A DNA stretch of 64,000 nt, taken from assembly GCA_964016885.1 (NCBI GenBank), contig OZ024740.1, positions 17,298,001 to 17,362,000 on the forward strand. The letters run 5' to 3'. Both the position numbers and the translations under genes were made by a program. This stretch comes from Eledone cirrhosa (Eukaryota). The notes under the pieces are model-generated. The model had not been told where the DNA came from and ran no database searches. It saw nothing but the letters and a program-made list of their open reading frames with translations. Below, in pieces: positions 50,243-62,200 of the stretch (position 1 is its first letter; every line of letters begins with the position of its first letter).

Positions 50243-53200
50243 CATTGTGTGTGGTCTTGAGGTAGACTTAGCTCTCTTGTAGACACCAACACAACATTGT
50301 GTATGGTCTTGAGGTAGACATAGCTCTCTTGAGGACACCAACACAGCATTGTGTGTGGTCTTGAGGTAGACTTAGCTCTCTTGAGGACGCCAACACAGCA
50401 TTGTGTCTGGTCTTGAGGTAGACTTAGCTCTCTTGTAGACACCAACACAACATTGTGTATGGTCTTGAGGTAGACATAGCTCTCTTGAGGACACCAACAC
50501 AGCATTGTGTGTGGTCTTGAGGCAGACTTAGCTCTCTTGTAGACACCAACACAGCATTGTGTGTGGTCTTGAGGTAGACTTAGCTCTCTTGTAGACACCA
50601 ACACAGCATTGTGTGTGGTCTTGAGGCAGACTTAGCTCTCTTGTAGACACCAACACAACATTGTGTATGGTCTTGAGGTAGACTTAGCTCTCTTGTAGAC
50701 ACCAACACAGCATTGTGTGTGGTCTTGAGGTAGACTTAGCTCTCTTGTAGACACCAACACAACATTGTGTATGGTCTTGAGGTAGACTTAGCTCTCTTGT
50801 AGACACCAACACAGCATTGTGTGTGGTCTTGAGGTAGACTTAGCTCTCTTGTAGACACCAACACAGCATTGTGTCTGGTCTTGAGGTAGACTTAGCTCTC
50901 TTGTAGACACCAACACAGCATTGTTTGTGGTCTTGAGGTAGACTTAGCTCTCTTGTAGACACCAACACAGCATTGTTTGTGGTCTTGAGGTAGACTTAGC
51001 TCTCTTGTAGACACCAACACAGCATTGTGTCTGGTCTTGAGGTAGACATAGCTCTCTTGAGGACACCAACACAGCATTGTGTGTGGTCTTGAGGTAGACA
51101 TAGCTCTCTTGAGGACACCAACACAGCATTGTGTGTGGTCTTGAGGTAGACTTAGCTCTCTTGTAGACACCAACACAGCATTGTGTGTGGTCTTGAGGTA
51201 GACTTAGCTCTCTTGTAGACACCAACACAGCATTGTTTGTGGTCTTGAGGTAGACTTAGCTCTCTTGTAGACACCAACACAGCATTGTGTCTGGTCTTGA
51301 GGTAGACATAGCTCTCTTGAGGACACCAACACAGCATTGTGTGTGGTCTTGAGGTAGACATAGCTCTCTTGAGGACACCAACACAGCATTGTGTGTGGTC
51401 TTGAGGTAGACTTAGCTCTCTTGTAGACACCAACACAGCATTGTGTGTGGTCTTGAGGTAGACTTAGCTCTCTTGTAGACACCAACACAGCATTGTTTGT
51501 GGTCTTGAGGTAGACTTAGCTCTCTTGTAGACACCAACACAGCATTGTGTCTGGTCTTGAGGTAGACATAGCTCTCTTGAGGACACCAACACAGCATTGT
51601 GTGTGGTCTTGAGGTAGACATAGCTCTCTTGAGGACACCAACACAGCATTGTGTGTGGTCTTGAGGTAGACTTAGCTCTCTTGTAGACACCAACACAGCA
51701 TTGTGTGTGGTCTTCAGGTAAACATAGCTCTCTTGTAGACACCAACACAGCATTGTGTGTGGTCTTGAGGTAGACATAGCTCTCTTGTAGACACCAACAC
51801 AGCATTGTGTGTGGTCTTGAAGTAGACTTAGCTCTCTTGAAGACACCAACACAGCATTGTGTGGTCTTGAGGTAGACATAGCTCTCTTGTAGACACCAAC
51901 ACAGCATTGTGTGTGGTGTTGAGGTAGACTTAGCTCTCTTGTAGACACCAACACAGCATTGTGTCTGGTCTTGAGGTAGACTTAGCTCTCTTGTAGACAC
52001 CAACACAGCATTGTGTCTGGTCTTGAGGTAGACTTAGCTCTCTTGTAGACACCAACACAACATTGTGTGTGGTCTTGAGGTAGACTTAGCTCTCTTGTAG
52101 ACACCAACACAGCATTGTGTGTGGTCTTGTGGTAGACTTAGCTCTCTTGTAGACACCAACACAGCATTGTGTGTGGTCTTGAGGTAGACTTAGCTCTCTT
52201 GTAGACACCAACACTGCATTGTGTGTGGTCTTGAGGTAGACTTAGCTCTCTTGTGGACACCAACACAGCATTGTGTGTGGTCTTGAGGTAGACTTAGCTC
52301 TCTTGTAGACACCAACACAGCATTGTGTGTGGTGTTGAGGTAGACTTAGCTCTCTTGTAGACACCAACACAGCATTGTGTGTGGTCTTGAGGTAGACTTA
52401 GCTCTCTTGTAGACACCAACACAGCATTGTGTGTGGTGTTGAGGTAGACTTAGCTCTCTTGTAGACACCAACACAGCATTGTGTGTGGTCTTGAGGTAGA
52501 CTTAGCTCTCTTGTAGACACCAACACAGCATTGTGTGTGGTCTTCAGGTAGACTTAGCTCTCTTGTAGACACCAACACAGCATTGTGTGTGGTCTTGAGG
52601 TAGCCTTAGCTCTCTTGTAGACACCAACACTACATTGTGTGTGGTCTTGAGGTAGACTTAGCTCTGTTGTAGACACCAACACACCATTGTTTGTGGTCTT
52701 GAGGCAGACTTAGCTCTCTTGTAGACACCAACACTGCATTGTGTGTGGTCTTGAGGTAGACATAGCTCTCTTGAGGACACCAACACAGCATTGTGTGTGG
52801 TCTTGGGGTAGCCTTAGCTCTCTTGTAGACACCAACACAGCATTGTGTTTGTCTTGAGGTAGACATAGCTCTCTTGTAGACACCAACACAGTATTGTGTG
52901 TGGTCTTGAGGCAGACTTAGCTCTCTTGTAGACACCAACACAGCATTGTGTGTGGTCTTCAGGTAGACTTAGCTCTCTTGTAGACACCAACACAGCATTG
53001 TGAGTGGTCTTCAGGTAGACTTAGCTCTCTTGTAGACACCAACACAGCATTGTGTGTGGTCTTGAGGTACACTTAGCTCTCTTGAGGACACCAACACAGC
53101 ATTGTGTCTGGTTTTGAGGTAGACTTAGCTCTCTTGTAGACACCAACACAGCATTGTGTGTGGTCTTGAGGTAGACTTAGCTCTCTTGTAGACACCAACA

Positions 53201-56200
53201 CAGCATTGTGTGTGGTCTTGAGGTAGACTTAGCTCTCTTGAGGACACCAACACAACATTGTGTCTGGTTTTGAGGTAGACTTAGCTCTCTTGTAGACACC
53301 AACACAGCATTGTGTGTGGTCTTGAGGTAGACTTAGCTCTCTTGTAGACACCAACACAGCATTGTGTGTGGTCTTGAGGTAGACTTAGCTCTCTTGAGGA
53401 CACCAACACAGCATTGTGTCTGGTTTTGAGGTAGACTTAGCTCTCTTGTAGACACCAACACAGCATTGTGTGTGGTCTTGAGGTAGACTTAGCTCTCTTG
53501 TAGACACCAACACAGCATTGTGTGTGGTCTTGAGGTAGACTTAGCTCTCTTGAGGACACCAACACAGCATTGTGTCTGGTTTTGAGGTAGACTTAGCTCT
53601 CTTGTAGACACCAACACAGCATTGTGTGTGGTCTTGAGGTAGACTTAGCTCTCTTGTAGACACCAACACAGCATTGTGTGTGGTCTTGAGGTAGACTTAG
53701 CTCTCTTGTAGACACCAACACAGCATTGTGTGTGGTCTTGAAGTAGACTTAGCTCTCTTGAGGACACCAACACAGCATTGTGTGTGGTCTTGAGGTAGAC
53801 TTAGCTCTCTTGAGGACACCAACACAGCATTGTGTCTGGTTTTGAGGTAGACTTAGCTCTCTTGTAGACACCAACACAGCATTGTGTGAGGTCTTGTGGT
53901 AGACATAGCTGTCTTGTAGACACCAACACAGCATAGTGTGTGGTCTTAAGGTAGACTTAGCTCTCTTGTAGACACCAACACAGCATTGTGTCTGGTCTTG
54001 AGGTAGACTTATCTCTCTTGTAGACACCAACACAGCACTGTGTGTGGTCTTGAGGTAGACATAGCTCTCTTGTAGACACCAACACAGCATTGTGTCTGGT
54101 CTTGAGGTAGACATAGCTCTCTTGTAGACACCAACACAGCATTGTTTGTGGTCTTGAGGTAGACTTAGCTCTCTTGTGGACACCAACACAGCATTGTGTG
54201 TGGTCTTGAGGTAGACTTAGCTCTCTTGTAGACACCAACACAGCATTGTGTGTGGTCTTGAGGCAGACTTAGCTCTCTTGTAGACACCAACACAGCATTG
54301 TGTGTGGTCTTGAGGTAGACTTAGCTCTCTTGTAGACACCAACACAGCATTGTGAGTGGTCTTCAGGTAGACTTAGCTCTCTTGTAGACAACAACACACA
54401 GCATTGTGTGTTGTCTTGAGGTAGACATAGCTCTCTTGTAGACACCAACACAGCATTGTGTGTGGTCTTGCGGTAGACTTAGCTCTCTTGTAGACACCAA
54501 CACAGCATTGTGTCTGGTCTTGAGGTAGACATAGCTCTCTTGTAGACACCAACACAGCATTGTGTGTGGTCTTGAGGTAGACTTAGCTCTCTTGTAGACA
54601 CCAACACAGCATTGTGTGTGGTCTTGAGGTTGACTTAGCTCTCTTGTAGACACCAACACAGCATCGTGTGTGGTCTTGAGGTAGACTTAGCTCTCTTGTA
54701 GACACCAACAGAGCATTGTGTCTGGTCTTGAGGTAGACATAGCTCTCTTGTAGACACCAACACAGCATTGTGTGTGGTCTTGAGATAAACTTAGCTCTCT
54801 TGTAGACACCAACACAGCATTGTGTGTGGTCTTGAGGTAGCCTTAGCTCTCTTGTAGACACCAACACTGCATTGTGTGTGGTCTTCAGGTAGACTTAGCT
54901 CTCTTGTAGACACCAACACAGCATTGTGTGTGGTCTTGAAGTAGACTTAGCTCTCTTGAGGACACCAACACAGCATTGTGTGTGGTCTTGAGGTAGACTT
55001 AGCTCTCTTGAGGACACCAACACAGCATTGTGTCTGGTTTTGAGGTAGACTTAGCTCTCTTGTAGACACCAACACAGCATTGTGTGTGGTCTTGTGGTAG
55101 ACATAGCTGTCTTGCAGACACCAACACAGCATTGTGTGTGGTCTTAAGGTAGACTTAGCTCTCTTGTAGACACCAACACAGCACTGTGTGTGGTCTTGAG
55201 GTAGACATAGCTCTCTTGTAGACACCAACACAGCATTGTGTCTGGTCTTGAGGTAGACATAGCTCTCTTGTAGACACCAACACAGCATTGTTTGTGGTCT
55301 TGATGTAGACTGAGCTCTCTTGTAGACGCCAACACAGCATTGTGTGTGGTCTTGAGGTAGACTTAGCTCTCTTGTAGACGCCAACACAGAATTGTGTGTG
55401 GTCTTGAGGTAGACTTAGCTCTCTTGTGGACACCAACACAGCATTGTGTGTGGTCTTGAGGTAGACTTAGCTCTCTTGAGGACGCCAACACAGCATCGTG
55501 TGTTTTCTTGAGGTAGACTTAGCTCTCTTGTAGACACCAACACAGCATTGTGTGTGGTCTTGAGGCAGACTTAGCTCTCTTGTAGACACCAACACAGCAT
55601 TGTGTGTGGTCTTGAGGTAGACTTAGCTCTCTTGTAGACACCAACACAGCATTGTGAGTGGTCTTCAGGTAGACTTAGCTCTCTTGTAGACACCAACACA
55701 CAGCATTGTGTGTGGTTTTGAGGTAGACATAGCTCTCTTGTAGACACCAACACAGCATTGTGTGTCGTCTTGCGGTAGACTTAGCTCTCTTGTAGACACC
55801 AACTCAGCATTGTCTGTGGTCTTGAGGTAGACTTAGCTCTCTTGTAGACACCAACACAGCATTGTGTCTGGTCTTGAGGTAGACATAGCTCTCTTGTAGA
55901 CACCAACACAGCATTGTGTGTGGTCTTGAGGTAGACTTAGCTCTCTTGTAGACACCAACACAGCATTGTGTGTGGTCTTGAGGTTGACTTAGCTCTCTTG
56001 TAGACACCAACACAGCATCGTGTGTGGTCTTGAGGTAGACTTAGCTCTCTTGTAGACACCAACAGAGCATTGTGTGTGGTCTTGAGATAGACTTAGCTCT
56101 CTTGTAGACACCAACACAGCATTGTGTGTGGTCTTGAGGTAGCCTTAGCTCTCGTAGACACCAACACTGCATTGTGTGTGGTCTTGAGGTAGACTTAGCT

Positions 56201-59200
56201 CTCTTGTAGACACCACACTGCATTGTGTGTGGGCTTGAGGTAGACTTAGCTCTCTTGTAGACACCAACACAGCATTGTGTGTGGTCTTGAGATAGACTTA
56301 GCTCTCTTGTAGACACCAACACAGCATTGTGTCTAGTCTTGAGGTAGACTTAGTTCTCTTGTAGACACCAACACTGCATTGTGTGTGGTCTTGAGGTAGA
56401 CTTAGCTCTCTTGTAGACACCAACTCAGCATTGTCTGTGGTCTTGAGGTAGACTTAGCTCTCTTGTGGACACCAACACAGCATTGTGTGTGGTATTGAGG
56501 TAGACTTAGATCTCTTGTAGACACCAACACAACATTGTGTCTGGTTTTGAGGTAGACTTAGCTCTCTTGTAGACACCAACACAGCATTGTGTGTGGTCTT
56601 GAGGTAGACTTAGCTCTCTTGTAGACACCAACACAGCATTGTGTGTGGTCTTGAGGTAGACTTAGCTCTCTTGAGGACACCAACACAGCATTGTGTCTGG
56701 TTTTGAGGTAGACTTAGCTCTCTTGTAGACACCAACACAGCATTGTGTGTGGTCTTGAGGTAGACTTAGCTCTCTTGTAGACACCAACACAGCATTGTGT
56801 GTGGTCTTGAGGTAGACTTAGCTCTCTTGAGGACACCAACACAGCATTGTGTCTGGTTTTGAGGTAGACTTAGCTCTCTTGTAGACACCAACACAGCATT
56901 GTGTGTGGTCTTGAGGTAGACTTAGCTCTCTTGTAGACACCAACACAGCATTGTGTGTGGTCTTGAGGTAGACTTAGCTCTCTTGTAGACACCAACACAG
57001 CATTGTGTGTGGTCTTGAAGTAGACTTAGCTCTCTTGAGGACACCAACACAGCATTGTGTGTGGTCTTGAGGTAGACTTAGCTCTCTTGTAGACACCAAC
57101 ACAGCATTGTGTCTGGTTTTGAGGTAGACTTAGCTCTCTTGTAGACACCAACACAGCATTGTGTGAGGTCTTGTGGTAGACATAGCTGTCTTGTAGACAC
57201 CAACACAGCATTGTGTGTGGTCTTAAGGTAGACTTAGCTCTCTTGTAGACACCAACACAGCATTGTGTCTGGTCTTGAGGTAGACTTATCTCTCTTGTAG
57301 ACACCAACACAGCACTGTGTGTGGTCTTGAGGTAGACATAGCTCTCTTGTAGACACCAACACAGCATTGTGTCTGGTCTTGAGGTAGACATAGCTCTCTT
57401 GTAGACACCAACACAGCATTGTGTGTGGTCTTGAGGTAGACTTAGCTCTCTTGTAGACACCAACACAGCATTGTGTGTGGTCTTGAGGCAGACTTAGCTC
57501 TCTTGTAGACACCAACACAGCATTGTGTGTGGTCTTGAGGTAGACTTAGCTCTCTTGTAGACACCAACACAGCATTGTGAGTGGTCTTCAGGTAGACTTA
57601 GCTCTCTTGTAGACAACAACACACAGCATTGTGTGTGGTCTTGAGGTAGACATAGCTCTCTTGTAGACACCAACACAGCATTGTGTGTGGTCTTGAGGTA
57701 GACTTAGCTCTCTTGTAGACACCAACACAGCACTGTGTGTGGTCTTGAGGTAGACTTAGCTCTCTTGTAGACACCAACACAGCATTGTGTCTGGTCTTGA
57801 GGTAGACATAGCTCTCTTGTAGACACCAACACAGCATTGTGTGTGGTCTTGAGGTAGACTTAGCTCTCTTGTAGACACCAACACAGCATTGTGTGTGGTC
57901 TTGAGGTTGACTTAGCTCTCTTGTAGACACCAACACAGCATCGTGTGTGGTCTTGAGGTAGACTTAGCTCTCTTGTAGACACCAACAGAGCATTGTGTCT
58001 GGTCTTGAGGTAGACATAGCTCTCTTGTAGACACCAACACAGCATTGTGTGTGGTCTTGAGATAAACTTAGCTCTCTTGTAGACACCAACACAGCATTGT
58101 GTGTGGTCTTGAGGTAGCCTTAGCTCTATTGTAGACACCAACACTGCATTGTGTGTGGTCTTCAGGTAGACTTAGCTCTCTTGTAGACACCAACACAGCA
58201 TTGTGTGTGGTCTTGAAGTAGACTTAGCTCTCTTGAGGACACCAACACAGCATTGTGTGTGGTCTTGAGGTAGACTTAGCTCTCTTGAGGACACCAACAC
58301 AGCATTGTGTCTGGTTTTGAGGTAGACTTAGCTCTCTTGTAGACACCAACACAGCATTGTGTGTGGTCTTGTGGTAGACATAGCTGTCTTGTAGACACCA
58401 ACACAGCATTGTGTGTGGTCTTAAGGTAGACTTAGCTCTCTTGTAGACACCAACACAGCACTGTGTGTGGTCTTGAGGTAGACATAGCTCTCTTGTAGAC
58501 ACCAACACAGCATTGTGTCTGGTCTTGAGGTAGACATAGCTCTCTTGTAGACACCAACACAGCATTGTTTGTGGTCTTGATGTAGACTGAGCTCTCTTGT
58601 AGACGCCAACACAGCATTGTGTGTGGTCTTGAGGTAGACTTAGCTCTCTTGTAGACGCCAACACAGAATTGTGTGTGGTCTTGAGGTAGACTTAGCTCTC
58701 TTGTGGACACCAACACAGCATTGTGTGTGGTCTTGAGGTAGACTTAGCTCTCTTGAGGACGCCAACACAGCATCGTGTGTTTTCTTGAGGTAGACTTAGC
58801 TCTCTTGTAGACACCAACACAGCATTGTGTGTGGTCTTGAGGCAGACTTAGCTCTCTTGTAGACACCAACACAGCATTGTGTGTGGTCTTGAGGTAGACT
58901 TAGCTCTCTTGTAGACACCAACACAGCATTGTGAGTGGTCTTCAGGTAGACTTAGCTCTCTTGTAGACACCAACACACAGCATTGTGTGTGGTTTTGAGG
59001 TAGACATAGCTCTCTTGTAGACACCAACACAGCATTGTGTGTCGTCTTGCGGTAGACTTAGCTCTCTTGTAGACACCAACACAGCATTGTGTGTGGTCTT
59101 GAGGTAGCCTTAGCTCTCGTAGACACCAACACTGCATTGTGTGTGGTCTTGAGGTAGACTTAGCTCTCTTGTAGACACCACACTGCATTGTGTGTGGGCT

Positions 59201-62200
59201 TGAGGTAGACTTAGCTCTCTTGTAGACACCAACACAGCATTGTGTGTGGTCTTGAGATAGACTTAGCTCTCTTGTAGACACCAACACAGCATTGTGTCTA
59301 GTCTTGAGGTAGACTTAGTTCTCTTGTAGACACCAACACTGCATTGTGTGTGGTCTTGAGGTAGACTTAGCTCTCTTGTAGACACCAACTCAGCATTGTC
59401 TGTGGTCTTGAGGTAGACTTAGCTCTCTTGTGGACACCAACACAGCATTGTGTGTGGTATTGAGGTAGACTTAGATCTCTTGTAGACACCAACACAACAT
59501 TGTGTCTGGTTTTGAGGTAGACTTAGCTCTCTTGTAGACACCAACACAGCATTGTGTGTGGTCTTGAGGTAGACTTAGCTCTCTTGTAGACACCAACACA
59601 GCATTGTGTGTGGTCTTGAGGTAGACTTAGCTCTCTTGAGGACACCAACACAGCATTGTGTCTGGTTTTGAGGTAGACTTAGCTCTCTTGTAGACACCAA
59701 CACAGCATTGTGTGTGGTCTTGAGGTAGACTTAGCTCTCTTGTAGACACCAACACAGCATTGTGTGTGGTCTTGAGGTAGACTTAGCTCTCTTGAGGACA
59801 CCAACACAGCATTGTGTCTGGTTTTGAGGTAGACTTAGCTCTCTTGTAGACACCAACACAGCATTGTGTGTGGTCTTGAGGTAGACTTAGCTCTCTTGTA
59901 GACACCAACACAGCATTGTGTGTGGTCTTGAGGTAGACTTAGCTCTCTTGTAGACACCAACACAGCATTGTGTGTGGTCTTGAAGTAGACTTAGCTCTCT
60001 TGAGGACACCAACACAGCATTGTGTGTGGTCTTGAGGTAGACTTAGCTCTCTTGAGGACACCAACACAGCATTGTGTCTGGTTTTGAGGTAGACTTAGCT
60101 CTCTTGTAGACACTAACACAGCATTGTGTGAGGTCTTGTGGTAGACATAGCTGTCTTGTAGACACCAACACAGCATTGTGTGTGGTCTTAAGGTAGACTT
60201 AGCTCTCTTGTAGACACCAACACAGCATTGTGTCTGGTCTTGAGGTAGACTTATCTCTCTTGTAGACACCAACACAGCATTGTGTGTGGTCTTGAGGTAG
60301 ACATAGCTCTCTTGTAGACACCAACACAGCATTGTGTCTGGTCTTGAGGTAGACATAGCTCTCTTGTAGACACCAACACAGCATTGTTTGTGGTCTTGAG
60401 GTAGACTTAGCTCTCTTGTGGACACCAACACAGCATTGTGTGTGGTCTTGAGGTAGACTTAGCTCTCTTGTAGACACCAACACAGCATTGTTTGTGGTCT
60501 TGATGTAGACTGAGCTCTCTTGTAGACGCCAACACAGCATTGTGTGTGGTCTTGAGGTAGACTTAGCTCTCTTGTAGACACCAACACAGCACTGTGTGTG
60601 GTCTTGAGGTAGACATAGCTCTCTTGTAGACACCAACACAGCATTGTGTCTGGTCTTGAGGTAGACATAGCTCTCTTGTAGACACCAACACAGCATTGTT
60701 TGTGGTCTTGATGTAGACTGAGCTCTCTTGTAGACGCCAACACAGCATTGTGTGTGGTCTTGAGGTAGACTTAGCTCTCTTGTAGACGCCAACACAGAAT
60801 TGTGTGTGGTCTTGAGGTAGACTTAGCTCTCTTGTGGACACCAACACAGCATTGTGTGTGGTCTTGAGGTAGACTTAGCTCTCTTGAGGACGCCAACACA
60901 GCATCGTGTGTTTTCTTGAGGTAGACTTAGCTCTCTTGTAGACACCAACACAGCATTGTGTGTGGTCTTGAGGCAGACTTAGCTCTCTTGTAGACACCAA
61001 CACAGCATTGTGTGTGGTCTTGAGGTAGACTTAGCTCTCTTGTAGACACCAACACAGCATTGTGAGTGGTCTTCAGGTAGACTTAGCTCTCTTGTAGACA
61101 CCAACACACAGCATTGTGTGTGGTTTTGAGGTAGACATAGCTCTCTTGTAGACACCAACACAGCATTGTGTGTCGTCTTGCGGTAGACTTAGCTCTCTTG
61201 TAGACACCAACTCAGCATTGTCTGTGGTCTTGAGGTAGACTTAGCTCTCTTGTAGACACCAACACAGCATTGTGTCTGGTCTTGAGGTAGACATAGCTCT
61301 CTTGTAGACACCAACACAGCATTGTGTGTGGTCTTGAGGTAGACTTAGCTCTCTTGTAGACACCAACACAGCATTGTGTGTGGTCTTGAGGTTGACTTAG
61401 CTCTCTTGTAGACACCAACACAGCATCGTGTGTGGTCTTGAGGTAGACTTAGCTCTCTTGTAGACACCAACAGAGCATTGTGTGTGGTCTTGAGATAGAC
61501 TTAGCTCTCTTGTAGACACCAACACAGCATTGTGTGTGGTCTTGAGGTAGCCTTAGCTCTCGTAGACACCAACACTGCATTGTGTGTGGTCTTGAGGTAG
61601 ACTTAGCTCTCTTGTAGACACCACACTGCATTGTGTGTGGGCTTGAGGTAGACTTAGCTCTCTTGTAGACACCAACACAGCATTGTGTGTGGTCTTGAGA
61701 TAGACTTAGCTCTCTTGTAGACACCAACACAGCATTGTGTCTAGTCTTGAGGTAGACTTAGTTCTCTTGTAGACACCAACACTGCATTGTGTGTGGTCTT
61801 GAGGTAGACTTAGCTCTCTTGTAGACACCAACTCAGCATTGTCTGTGGTCTTGAGGTAGACTTAGCTCTCTTGTGGACACCAACACAGCATTGTGTGTGG
61901 TATTGAGGTAGACTTAGATCTCTTGTAGACACCAACACAACATTGTGTCTGGTTTTGAGGTAGACTTAGCTCTCTTGTAGACACCAACACAGCATTGTGT
62001 GTGGTCTTGAGGTAGACTTAGCTCTCTTGTAGACACCAACACAGCATTGTGTGTGGTCTTGAGGTAGACTTAGCTCTCTTGAGGACACCAACACAGCATT
62101 GTGTCTGGTTTTGAGGTAGACTTAGCTCTCTTGTAGACACCAACACAGCATTGTGTGTGGTCTTGAGGTAGACTTAGCTCTCTTGTAGACACCAACACAG

